Of a stretch of DNA of 64,000 nucleotides, positions 55,615 through 64,000 are shown piece after piece. The translations under genes and the position numbers were made by a program. Source of the DNA: Minisyncoccota bacterium (GTDB lineage Bacteria > Patescibacteriota > Minisyncoccia > Phycocordibacterales > PALSA-1337); the NCBI GenBank assembly GCA_017991475.1, contig JAGOQK010000002.1, positions 23,673 through 87,672 of the forward strand, given 5' to 3'. How positions within the stretch are numbered: position 1 is the first letter of the stretch; each line of letters starts with the position of its first letter. Under the pieces are notes generated by a model. That model was given only the letters and a program-made list of their open reading frames with translations, was not told the DNA's origin and ran no database searches.

Positions 55615-56872
55615 GGTTGTTATTGTAGCAAATCATTTCCACTTATGCGATAATACTCGCACCATGAACACTCAAGACCGCAAGATTATTATTTTCCTCG
55701 TCGGACTTCCCGCACTCATCTTCGCTTTCTTCATCGGCATGTATGTCGGAGGAGGGGATACACCAGGGGGCGGCGCTCTCGGTGGTAGCAACTCTGCCGT
55801 CTCAGATGATGAGTTCGCACCATTCTGGAGAGCATGGCGAGAGCTCGATGACAAATACGTAGCTGCAGCGAGTACCACTCCGCAAGAGCGTGTCTGGGGT
55901 TCCATCGAAGGCCTCGCCGCTTCGTACGGCGATCCATACACCGTCTTCTTCCCACCCGTAGAGGCCAAAATGTTTGCCGAGGAAATTTCAGGTAACTTCG
56001 AGGGTGTCGGTATGGAGATCGGCGTCAAGGACAAGCAGCTCCAAGTCGTCGCTCCTATCAAGAATAGTCCTGCAGAACGCGCAGGTGTCAAAGCTGGTGA
56101 CCTCATCCTGAAGATCGACGAGAAGAGTGCCTCGGATATGTCGACTGATGCTGCCGTGAAGCTCATTCGTGGTGCGAAGGGTACTGCGGTCAAAATCACC
56201 TTCCTCCCCAAAGGAGCAACCAAACCCGTCGAGCGTACCATCATCCGAGATGTCATCGACATACCGACACTTGATACCGAGAGGAAAGAGGGTGGCATAT
56301 TCGTGATTCGCCTCTACAGTTTCACCGCCAATTCCGCCAACCTCTTCAGGAATGCACTCCGCGAGTTCGTACTTTCAGGTGACAAGAAGCTCATTCTCGA
56401 CCTTCGCGGCAATCCAGGCGGCTATCTCGATGCCTCATGGGATATGGCCTCATGGTTCCTTCCTGCAGGACAGACCGTCGTCACCGAAGATTTCGGGGGC
56501 AACGCAGAACCCAAGGTATATCGCAGCAAGGGATACAACATATTCACCAAGAATCTCAAAATGCTCGTGCTCGTCGACGGAGGTTCTGCATCAGCATCGG
56601 AGATTCTCGCAGGTGCACTCAAGGAAAATGGTGTCGCCAAGCTCCTCGGAACCAAGACATTTGGTAAGGGATCGGTTCAGCAACTCATCTCCATCACTTC
56701 AGACACCTCACTCAAGGTTACTATAGCTCGCTGGCTCACTCCTGGAGGCCACAATCTCTCACACGACGGCCTGGAGCCTGATTACAAGGTCGAGCCGACC
56801 GAGAAGGACATAGCTGACAAGAATGATGTCCAGATGGCCAAGGCAGTTGAAATATTGAACGCGGCACAGTAG
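55613..56872 (+). CDS. ctpA: carboxyl-terminal processing protease (S41) with PDZ domain
   Basis: PDZ segment (GVGMEIGVKDKQLQVVAPIKNSPAERAGVKAGDLI) and S41 catalytic region (VLVDGGSASASEILAGAL...GKGSVQ). The likely start is Met at 55664. Confidence 0.88.
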   Translation: MVVIVANHFHLCDNTRTMNTQDRKIIIFLVGLPALIFAFFIGMYVGGGDTPGGGALGGSNSAVSDDEFAPFWRAWRELDDKYVAAASTTPQERVWGSIEGLAASYGDPYTVFFPPVEAKMFAEEISGNFEGVGMEIGVKDKQLQVVAPIKNSPAERAGVKAGDLILKIDEKSASDMSTDAAVKLIRGAKGTAVKITFLPKGATKPVERTIIRDVIDIPTLDTERKEGGIFVIRLYSFTANSANLFRNALREFVLSGDKKLILDLRGNPGGYLDASWDMASWFLPAGQTVVTEDFGGNAEPKVYRSKGYNIFTKNLKMLVLVDGGSASASEILAGALKENGVAKLLGTKTFGKGSVQQLISITSDTSLKVTIARWLTPGGHNLSHDGLEPDYKVEPTEKDIADKNDVQMAKAVEILNAAQ

Positions 56873-56895
56873 TATAGGCTCATAATCCCAAACAC

Positions 56896-57339
56896 ATGAA
56901 AATCATCCTATTGAAAGACATCTCTAAGCTCGGCAGGAAGTATGAAGTCAAAACCGTCAGTGACGGATACGCTATCAACATGCTCATCCCACAAGGACAG
57001 GCTATCGCAGCCACCGCAGACGCTCTCAAGCGTCTCGAGAAAGAGCGAGCTCAGGTAGAAGGTGAGCGCAAGATTCAGGATGAGCTCCTCGTCAAGAATC
57101 TTGAAGGCCTCAAGAATGTGACTCTCACTATTGCCGGTAAAGCCAATGAGAAGGGTCACCTCTTCGCCGGTCTCCACAAGGAAGTCATCGCCACTGAAAT
57201 TGAGAAGCAGACTCGACTCAACATTGACCCTTCATTTATTGAGCTCGCACATCCACTCAAGGAAGTCGGTGAGCACACGGTTGATATCAAGGCAGCAGGG
57301 AAGGTGGTGAAGTTGAAAGTGGTGATTGAGGGGAAATAA
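56896..57339 (+). CDS. rplI: 50S ribosomal protein L9
   Basis: MKIILLKDISKLGRKYEVKTVSDGYAINMLIP... Confidence 0.9.
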   Translation: MKIILLKDISKLGRKYEVKTVSDGYAINMLIPQGQAIAATADALKRLEKERAQVEGERKIQDELLVKNLEGLKNVTLTIAGKANEKGHLFAGLHKEVIATEIEKQTRLNIDPSFIELAHPLKEVGEHTVDIKAAGKVVKLKVVIEGK

Positions 57340-57368
57340 CGGCTCAGCGAGCATCTGAATATGTAAAA

Positions 57369-57395
57369 AAGCCGCCGAATTGCATTCGGCGGCTT
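57369..57395. terminator. bidirectional intrinsic terminator
   Basis: AAGCCGCCGAAT-tgc-ATTCGGCGGCTT, flanked by an A-run upstream and T's downstream. Confidence 0.7.
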
Positions 57396-57403
57396 GTTGC
57401 GAG

Positions 57404-58567
57404 CTATGACAGAGACATGTCTCTCATTTGAGCCATGAGATTTCGCGCACGCTTGTGCTGCTCAGAATTCATGATCTTCGAGATCTCCGTGCGCTGTGTT
57501 TCCAAACTCCGGAGACGCTCATTAAGAACGCTAATTTCAGCCTCCTTTGAAGCGATACTGTTCTGGATATTCTCGATCTGTGCAATGATCTGTGCACTTT
57601 TTTCAGATGCCTGTCCAAGCTCTCGAGCCATCTCAATCAGCGTTTCAATCTGAGCGAGCATGGATACTGGATCTGTTGGCTGTGGAACCGCGACTGGAGT
57701 TACCTGTGGAGGTGTAGTACTTGAAGATTCCTTCTCTGGTACAGCAGGGGATGCTGGAGAAAGAACTGTTGCTTCATCTGGAGCAAGCTCATAGTAGTGC
57801 TTGTCCTCACTGACCTTCATCAACCCACGATTGATCATTCCACGGAAAACAGGACCCATGGCATTCGGGCTAACCCTGAGTCCAAGCTTACTTATTACCG
57901 CAAACGTCAAACCCTTTACTGGTGCACGACCCATTGGGTAGTGTTCACGTATTGCCATCCTGATCACCTTGAGCGCCTCGAGGTCATTGGACATGCCAGT
58001 CATTGACTCATGCTGCGGCACAGCCGGCAATGGAGGGATTGATGGTGTAACTTCTGTTGGCTGAGGTACTGATGGTGACTTGGTGGTCACATCAGTGACG
58101 GGAATGAAAGCCCTCGAATCTCCATCGTGCGACAACTTATTGGCTTTTGCATCCAGCACAGGAGCTTTTTCAGCCCTCTGCAGCTTGAGCGGTTGCCAAT
58201 AACCCTTTTCAGTATACCTGCTGAGAGATGTGAATAGATACTGCGGAGGATGACCACTCTGCGAATGGAGGTAGCCACCGTACCGACAATCATTGGTACC
58301 TATCCGAACGATCATACCGCAGCTTCCACCATTACCCTCAGACCGGATACGTATCCAATCCTCAGCGTGAAAGGTGACACAGTCATTGGGGCCAGTTATA
58401 TGGAAGGTGAAATTACCTTTGAGACCAGCCTCATTCAAGAAACTCTCGACGAGCGGAGCTATCCTGGATGATATCTTGCTGCTTGCGGTGATATTGCCCT
58501 TGAGGCTGACCACTGCTCTGGAAGGTGATACGACGGGGGACTTCTTTGCGATTGTACTTGTACTCAT
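57404..58567 (-). CDS. hypothetical protein: Pro/Ser/Thr-rich linkers, a winged-helix-like middle and a C-terminal coiled coil
   Basis: No TM helix. No enzymatic motif recognised. Confidence 0.4.
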   Translation of the reverse strand: MSTSTIAKKSPVVSPSRAVVSLKGNITASSKISSRIAPLVESFLNEAGLKGNFTFHITGPNDCVTFHAEDWIRIRSEGNGGSCGMIVRIGTNDCRYGGYLHSQSGHPPQYLFTSLSRYTEKGYWQPLKLQRAEKAPVLDAKANKLSHDGDSRAFIPVTDVTTKSPSVPQPTEVTPSIPPLPAVPQHESMTGMSNDLEALKVIRMAIREHYPMGRAPVKGLTFAVISKLGLRVSPNAMGPVFRGMINRGLMKVSEDKHYYELAPDEATVLSPASPAVPEKESSSTTPPQVTPVAVPQPTDPVSMLAQIETLIEMARELGQASEKSAQIIAQIENIQNSIASKEAEISVLNERLRSLETQRTEISKIMNSEQHKRARNLMAQMRDMSLS

Positions 58568-58796
58568 ACCATTTCAATGATCCAACGAACAAGCTCAATG
58601 ATGCCACATGGCATGCCTGATCTACTCGACCAAACACTTCTTCGATACTCATTCTTTAGTATACACAATACTATTTTATTCTGTTTTTGTCAAAACAAAC
58701 TTGCTGCAAGCCTACTGTATGTGATCAACTCGTACAACAACAAAAAAGAGGCTGAGCGACCTCTTTTTTCACTTGAACTCGTAGTAAAGCTGGATA

Positions 58797-59069
58797 CTAC
58801 TTCACATGCACAATATTCTTCCTCACAATATCATTGTTGAATGAAGTCTTGCGCTTGGTTCCGTATGAGACGACACCATCCTTGAGTGCAAAGAGGGTGT
58901 GATCCTTACCAGTACCGACATTGGTACCTGGAAGGGTAGAAGTTCCACGCTGGCGGAGGATGATCTGACCAACCGTGATCTTCTGGCCATGATTGACCTT
59001 AACACCAAGGTATTTTGGATTTGAATCTCGACCGTTTTTTGTCTGACCGGCGGCTTTCTTATGTGCCAT
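58797..59069 (-). CDS. rpmA: 50S ribosomal protein L27
   Basis: [24 protein letters not shown]... Confidence 0.92.
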   Translation of the reverse strand: MAHKKAAGQTKNGRDSNPKYLGVKVNHGQKITVGQIILRQRGTSTLPGTNVGTGKDHTLFALKDGVVSYGTKRKTSFNNDIVRKNIVHVK

Positions 59070-59400
59070 AGTAGTAGGGGATTGCGGTTAAATTAGTCAG
59101 GACAATATAACATATACCCTTGGAAATTACAAGAAATAGGGGAGTTATTGGGCCAAAACACCTATCTAGCCTACCAACCCCCTATTCCAAGACCCATTCT
59201 AGCCTCTTGATTGGCACCAAAATCGCCCTTAGCCGCGATCCTGTCAATAGATCCGAAGGGAAATCCATCTGCCTCGTAATGCTATATTCTAAGCCATTCT
59301 ACAGCCCTATGAATCCTCGACACCCATTATATGGCTCAAAATAAGGGTATTTGAGGTGTAAAATATGGCCTTGTTGAGCCATATTATGGCGTCTCAGCTA

Positions 59401-59479
59401 TTGACTTCTAGGGTCAAAGGTGCTATACTTGTTAGGTAAAGCGAATAGGTAACCTCATGGTTACTTCATTCGTTTTTTT
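59401..59479 (+). promoter_or_regulatory. promoter (TTGACT-17-TATACT) followed by a leader-embedded intrinsic terminator
   Basis: TTGACT at 59401-59406 and TATACT at 59424-59429. A compound hairpin (outer CGAAT/ATTCG, inner GTAACC/GGTTAC, loop TCAT) plus T7 spans 59442-59479 and ends 8 nt before ATG 59488. Confidence 0.45.
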
Positions 59480-59487
59480 ATTGAATT

Positions 59488-59955
59488 ATGCTTGAACTTA
59501 CAACTGGTGTGGTGTTCCTCATGTCATCTCTCTATGGTTCCGGACACAGCGACAATCACATCGACACGATTATTGCGAACTCCGACGCTCCGATAGAAGT
59601 GACCGCGAACGAAGCTCGCTCTCTGACAAGCTCAAAGCAGATGCAATCATATCTCCAGCAGGAGTACTTCGACACACCCGTCCTCATTGAGGTCGCGCGC
59701 TGTGAATCAGAGTACCGCCAGTTCGACTCGAACGGCAAAGTTATCCGAGGACGTATCGTTCCGGACGACATCGGCGTGATGCAGATCAACGAGTACTTCC
59801 ATGGCGAGACCGCCAAGAAGCTCGGCTACGACATCTATACCGCAGAAGGTAACGTCGCATACGCGAAGTATCTCTATGGTAAGTATGGACTCAAGCCCTG
59901 GTCAGCCTCAGCACCGTGTTGGAACAAAAATGGTGACATCGCTTTGGCAAAGTAA
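59488..59955 (+). CDS. secreted lysozyme-like/SLT-domain (lytic transglycosylase-like) protein
   Basis: Signal-peptide-like N-terminus. ...ARCESEYRQF...DIGVMQINEYFHG...YDIYTAEGNVAYAKYLY... resembles the SLT-family E-S...GLMQ...Y signature. Confidence 0.5.
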   Translation: MLELTTGVVFLMSSLYGSGHSDNHIDTIIANSDAPIEVTANEARSLTSSKQMQSYLQQEYFDTPVLIEVARCESEYRQFDSNGKVIRGRIVPDDIGVMQINEYFHGETAKKLGYDIYTAEGNVAYAKYLYGKYGLKPWSASAPCWNKNGDIALAK

Positions 59956-59989
59956 TTGAGTCTGGAAATTAGTAAACAGTAAACAGAGA

Positions 59990-60016
59990 GGCGCATCATA
60001 TATGGTGCGCTTTTTC
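59990..60016 (+). terminator. intrinsic terminator
   Basis: GCGCA-tcatatatgg-TGCGC followed by TTTTT. Confidence 0.55.
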
Positions 60017-60208
60017 TGTTTACAAATTTCTGGTTACTGTTTACTTATCGTGCTGTCTGCAGGGAAGAGAGGAGTAGAATAAATTCCAGCCCGAACCTTG
60101 GCCTGAATTCTCCACTCGATACCATGTCGCACAATATACATTAACTACCTTACCTAGGGTAAAAAATAAAGCCTCTGAGGCTTATGGGCTATATAATCTC
60201 TAGACAGT

Positions 60209-60592
60209 TCAGATCGGTATCGCCTCTGGCTGTGGAATAACTGGCGCACTTGATTGTAAACTATCTGGTTCCCCATTCTTGATTTTCGTAAGCGCTTCGA
60301 TAGCTGGGTTCCAGATCAAATCCAGGAAAATATCATTCCAGAGATACGTGACCGGCTTCTTCAGATAATTATTCCAGACATTGATCATGATCTCCTGCGT
60401 GAACGAGAAATTGTCCCTCCCTGCCGGTGAATTGACGATATCTCGGATATTGAGGCCAAAGTAGCTCAATATAAGAAGTGCGACGACGATAAGGATGATA
60501 GTACGGATGAAACCTTGATTATGAGGTATTTTTTTCATGACTCTATTGTAGCGCATTTTCCTGATGAAGTTCTGGGGGTTATTCACATACAC
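60209..60592 (-). CDS. membrane-anchored hypothetical protein
   Basis: One TM helix (IILIVVALLILSYFGL). No homology recognised. Confidence 0.4.
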   Translation of the reverse strand: MYVNNPQNFIRKMRYNRVMKKIPHNQGFIRTIILIVVALLILSYFGLNIRDIVNSPAGRDNFSFTQEIMINVWNNYLKKPVTYLWNDIFLDLIWNPAIEALTKIKNGEPDSLQSSAPVIPQPEAIPI

Positions 60593-60611
60593 ATGACCGC
60601 ATATACAAGCC

Positions 60612-61931
60612 CTAGAGGTAGGACAGCGGGTTCAGGTAGGCATTGAGTGGCGCGTACGGGATGATGATGCCAGGACATGACCTACTGTTGGCCACCTGAA
60701 GACCTTGGGTCGCGTACACACCGAAATGAAGGTGCGGACCTGTGGTGAAGCCTGTATTGCCGCTATAGCCAATGATCTGTCCACGAGCTATAGGATCACC
60801 AATCTTAACCGTGTTGAGCGACATGTGCGCGTAGAGGGTTGTGATGCCATTGGGGTGCTCGACCGATATCCAATTCCCGTATCCGCATTTGATCTGCGAC
60901 TTCGTAGTGAACGTATGACTTACGACGCCACTTGCAGCAGCCTTGACCGGAGTGCCGATAGAAGCTCTAAAATCTATTCCGTTGTGTTCGCCGCTCGAGC
61001 CTTTGTAAACCTGCGGATTGGCCGTCGAGAACGGTGTATTGCCGAAGTATTGAGTTACGAATACATTATCGAGTGGCCACGACAAAACTCCAGATCCAAC
61101 ATGGGGAAGTACGGTCGGGTCAATAGCTATTTTGAGGGCCTGTTCAAGCGAGGCCACTTCCCTCTCGAATGATTCCTTCAAAGCCTTACGCTCAGCCAAC
61201 ACTCTCTGATACTGAGATTCGCTCTGTTTGGTTTCCTTCAAGAGATAATTCTGCTCAGCCGTGGTGGTCAGTACAACCTCACGCTGATCCTTGAGCTGTT
61301 TACTGAGTGTAAGAAGATCGGCTTTGGCCTTTTCGGTAGCCTTCTTGTTGGTCTCGAGATTCGCCTTGGCATTCTGAAGACTTGCGATACGGTCGACGAG
61401 CGCGTTCTGAATAGCTGCTATGTTATCCATCGAATTCCACGCATCAGAGAGAGATTTCTCGCCAAGAAGCAATTCCGGCAAGGAACGATCACTAATCTCA
61501 TTCACGCTCTGATATGAACGCGCGATAATACGACGATCCTCGGTAATTGTTTCCTCCTTGTCCGATATCTGACCACCGAGCTGCTGTATGAGGAGATTCT
61601 TCTCGGCAATCTTACTCTCAGTGACCTTGATATCGGCCTCGAGCTTCTTCTGAGTGAGTTGAAGAGACTTGATCGTCGCTGACAATGAAGACACCTGTGA
61701 ACCGATCTCATTGAGCTGCTTCTGGTAGCTTGCGATCTCTTTTTCAAGTGCCTGAATTTCGTTTGCGCGTTGATCTATCTTTGACTGAAGTTCGTCGACT
61801 GATTGAGCGGAGACGGAGGCAAAAAACAATCCGTGTATACAGATGAGTGCAAGTATCGTTGCTAGAAAAACTGATCGGTAGGGGACTCCCCTATTCACGC
61901 TACCTTGCCTTGTATTCTGAAAGTGCTGCAT
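60612..61931 (-). CDS. M23-family peptidase with N-terminal coiled coil (EnvC/NlpD-like)
   Basis: Signal peptide and a long coiled coil. M23 motifs are HNGIDF and GPHLHFGVY. Confidence 0.88.
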   Translation of the reverse strand: MQHFQNTRQGSVNRGVPYRSVFLATILALICIHGLFFASVSAQSVDELQSKIDQRANEIQALEKEIASYQKQLNEIGSQVSSLSATIKSLQLTQKKLEADIKVTESKIAEKNLLIQQLGGQISDKEETITEDRRIIARSYQSVNEISDRSLPELLLGEKSLSDAWNSMDNIAAIQNALVDRIASLQNAKANLETNKKATEKAKADLLTLSKQLKDQREVVLTTTAEQNYLLKETKQSESQYQRVLAERKALKESFEREVASLEQALKIAIDPTVLPHVGSGVLSWPLDNVFVTQYFGNTPFSTANPQVYKGSSGEHNGIDFRASIGTPVKAAASGVVSHTFTTKSQIKCGYGNWISVEHPNGITTLYAHMSLNTVKIGDPIARGQIIGYSGNTGFTTGPHLHFGVYATQGLQVANSRSCPGIIIPYAPLNAYLNPLSYL

Positions 61932-61955
61932 AATTCATGATCATCGATACGCAGG

Positions 61956-63350
61956 TTATCCGAGCTTCTTAAGTGCAGAGGAAATTCTTGCAAGCGCCTC
62001 TTCCCTACCGAGGACAACTGCAGAAATAAATGGATCGGGTGACTTCTCTTGTCCAGTGAGTGACATGCGAAGCGGCCAGAGGACATCACCTTTGCCGTTG
62101 GCTTCCACGTAGGGCCAGAGCGCACTCTTGACGGCATCAGCAGTGAATTCGTCGGGTGAAATTGCTGAAAGTATTTCAGAAGCCTGAGTAAGGTGCGTTA
62201 CGGCCGCTTTCGCATCAGGATTTTTTTTCCAGAGGAGGGATTGCGCGGGATAATCCTGTATCGCGCGTACGAAAGCCAGTTCTCCTGTGGATGCGAGCAT
62301 CGTTGAAACCTCTGAGAAAGTCGTAATCTTGTCACGCAAGATGGGTACAAGTTTCTTGAATACATCGCTCTTGGGCACGACCCATTCTGGCAAGAATGGA
62401 ATCGTATGTTCAATGAAATCAGCATCAGAAAGCTTCAAAACATATTGGCGATTGAACCATTTGAGTTTCTCTTCATCGAAAACGGCACCGGACTTTTGTA
62501 CGCGGTCGAGGGTAAATCCACTGAGAATCTCATCAATAGAAAGCACCTCCTTGTCATCTGACGGATGCCAGCCAAGGAGCGCGAGATAGTTGACTATAGC
62601 TTCACGAATAAATCCCTTCCCGCGATACTCACTGATTGGAACTGCGCCCTTCCTCTTGGAAAGCTTGGACTTGTCCGCAGATAGCAAGAGCGGAATATGA
62701 GCATAGTGAGGTACAGGTGCACCGATAGCCTCGAATATGAGGATCTGGCGTGGTGTATTGGAGATATGATCCTCGCCGCGAATGATGTGCGTGATACCCA
62801 TCTCATGGTCGTCAATAACCACGACGAGATGGAATACTGGCTCGTCTTCACTCTTGGCAATGACGAAATCACCGAGCTCAGTTGTATCGAACTCGATGCG
62901 GCCGCGGATGATGTCGTCGAACACAACCTTCTTGTTTGGATTCTTGAAACGAATAACTGAGCGGGGTGGTGCATCATCCTTCGTCGACAATCCTGTAACA
63001 CCACCCTCCTTGTTTCTAGCAGCCTTCAGTGCAGCCTCATTTTCCGAAGTAGAAACATACGCATGACCGCTTTCGATCAACTTTTTGATATAGCCTTTGT
63101 AGATATCGGTACGATCCGACTGGCGGTAGAATTCATCGTACTCAAGACCTAGCCATTTGAGACTTTCGACGATATTCTCCTCGTACTCTTTCTTGGAGCG
63201 TTCTTTATCTGTGTCTTCAATACGCAGGATGAACTTGCCCTTGTTCTGCCGCGCGTATATCCATGAAAAAAGCGCCGTGCGGTATGATCCTGCATGGAAA
63301 TAGCCTGTCGGCGACGGGGCAAAGCGGGTTACGACCTTCTGAGTGGACAT
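61956..63350 (-). CDS. gltX: glutamyl-tRNA synthetase
   Basis: RFAPSPTGYFHAG (HIGH region), ...KLSKRKG and the anticodon-binding domain. Confidence 0.9.
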   Translation of the reverse strand: MSTQKVVTRFAPSPTGYFHAGSYRTALFSWIYARQNKGKFILRIEDTDKERSKKEYEENIVESLKWLGLEYDEFYRQSDRTDIYKGYIKKLIESGHAYVSTSENEAALKAARNKEGGVTGLSTKDDAPPRSVIRFKNPNKKVVFDDIIRGRIEFDTTELGDFVIAKSEDEPVFHLVVVIDDHEMGITHIIRGEDHISNTPRQILIFEAIGAPVPHYAHIPLLLSADKSKLSKRKGAVPISEYRGKGFIREAIVNYLALLGWHPSDDKEVLSIDEILSGFTLDRVQKSGAVFDEEKLKWFNRQYVLKLSDADFIEHTIPFLPEWVVPKSDVFKKLVPILRDKITTFSEVSTMLASTGELAFVRAIQDYPAQSLLWKKNPDAKAAVTHLTQASEILSAISPDEFTADAVKSALWPYVEANGKGDVLWPLRMSLTGQEKSPDPFISAVVLGREEALARISSALKKLG

Positions 63351-63543
63351 GCAAACAGTATAGCAGAAATTGGCGGTTTAGAAACACAAAAGCCCCTGAA
63401 AGGGCTTAAAGTGTTACCGATTGTATGCCTCTTAAAAAGAGACATGGGACCACGCTGGGGTTTGATTCCCTTTGCTCCACCAGTCGATATAATCGACTCT
63501 ACAAGTTTAATGCTTCCATATAAAAAGTCAATAACTATTTTCA

Positions 63544-63613
63544 TGGACCATGGGGGAATCGAACCCCTAACGCATCACTGGTAAGATGGTGCATTGACGC
63601 CAGTCATGGCCCC
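63544..63613 (-). tRNA. tRNA-like element (acceptor and T arm present, no canonical D/anticodon arms)
   Basis: Minus strand GGGGCCATG...GGGGTTCGATTCCCC-CATGGTCCA. An 8-bp acceptor-like stem and a perfect T arm are present. The 37 nt between them do not fold into D and anticodon arms; 7-nt, 8-nt and 9-nt loops were tried. Confidence 0.3.
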
Positions 63614-63694
63614 TCACGGAATTACTTCCGCACTAAAATCATACACAATTGAAATGAGGAAACAGTGATGATGCGATAGAGAAACCGTGATGAT

Positions 63695-64000
63695 CTATTT
63701 GATCACCGAATTCTTGACGGTTCCATGCTCGATGAACTCAATCACATTCTGTGCAGCAACCTTCGCCATCTCAGTACGAGCAGATTCACGTGCAGAGGCG
63801 ATATGAGGCGTCAGAATGACATTGGGCAGCTTGTTGAGGCCGCGCGCGAGCTTGGGCTCAAATTCGAAGACATCGAGTCCTGCACCAGCGATAGCACCAT
63901 CCTGTAAGGCTTTGACGAGGGCATTTTCGTCGACAACCGGACCACGAGAGGTATTGATCAGGAATGCAGTCGGCTTCATCATCTTGAGACGAAGCTCATT
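63695..64000 (-). CDS. D-isomer-specific 2-hydroxyacid dehydrogenase, C-terminal part (gene continues beyond the window end)
   Basis: ...[36 protein letters not shown]...[12 protein letters not shown] is the NAD-binding/catalytic C-terminus of 2-HADH enzymes. Confidence 0.7.
   Translation of the reverse strand, partial: NELRLKMMKPTAFLINTSRGPVVDENALVKALQDGAIAGAGLDVFEFEPKLARGLNKLPNVILTPHIASARESARTEMAKVAAQNVIEFIEHGTVKNSVIK

Noticed and set aside
59120-59344. 74-codon ORF in the rpmA upstream spacer
   Set aside because: Low-complexity composition, no RBS and overlap with structured repeats. Probably non-coding.
63457-63482. A two-piece (permuted) tmRNA built from the plus-strand ...GCTCCACCA end and the minus-strand GGGGCC... 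5'-like sequence
   Set aside because: The two pieces lie on opposite strands and only about 100 nt apart. No resume codon or tag ORF is visible. Retained only as tRNA-like fragments.
1-64000. Alternative genetic code (UGA recoded, as in some CPR lineages)
   Set aside because: Long housekeeping genes (leuS 1185 aa, dnaK, alaS, priA) are uninterrupted under the standard code and end at sensible positions. There is no sign of in-frame UGA.

Overview
Overview: this 64 kb window is a densely packed, almost entirely housekeeping stretch of a small bacterial genome. It uses the standard genetic code (UGA is a stop, long ORFs are intact) and has moderate GC content. It contains no rRNA genes and no CRISPR array. 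Taxonomy: the gene content and gene architecture look like a reduced-genome, Candidate-Phyla-Radiation/Parcubacteria-like organism. The evidence is a DnaJ without a zinc finger, a short AlaRS, a short ProRS, degenerate PriA ATPase motifs and many small membrane ORFs. This taxonomic placement is inference. Gene content: the window carries priA-def-fmt, hpf and murA. It carries two MreB paralogues, one followed by mreC-mreD-mrdA. It carries holB-frr-rseP-proS, greA-lysS, ychF and a 1185-aa leuS. It carries mltG, mnmA, a family-4 UDG, pepF and alaS. It carries the infA-rpmJ-rpsM-rpsK-rpsD-rpoA-rplQ-rplM-rpsI ribosomal block. It carries a grpE-dnaK-dnaJ locus interrupted by small hypothetical genes and a RelE/ParE-type toxin-antitoxin pair. 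It also carries trpS, cysS, a CorA-like gene, ctpA, rplI, rpmA, a lysozyme/SLT-like gene, an M23 peptidase and gltX. There is one canonical tRNA-Asn plus two tRNA-like elements that do not fold canonically. Most unusual features: (1) Three copies of a previously unrecognised-looking intergenic element of about 110-118 bp. Each has a conserved 36-nt core (CAGAACGGT-N13-GTGTACAAATACAA) flanked by perfectly or near-perfectly complementary 37-41 bp arms that differ between copies. Each copy sits immediately after a stop codon. (2) A LeuRS carrying two embedded extra enzyme domains, a Nudix hydrolase and a HAD phosphatase, inserted into the synthetase body. (3) A roughly 350-nt ORF-free transcript unit with a consensus promoter and a strong terminator upstream of holB. 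(4) Several lineage-specific proteins: a sigma-region-4 plus HARE-HTH fusion, an ATP-cone plus restriction-endonuclease-like fusion, and a degenerate actin-fold protein paired with a large single-TM protein.
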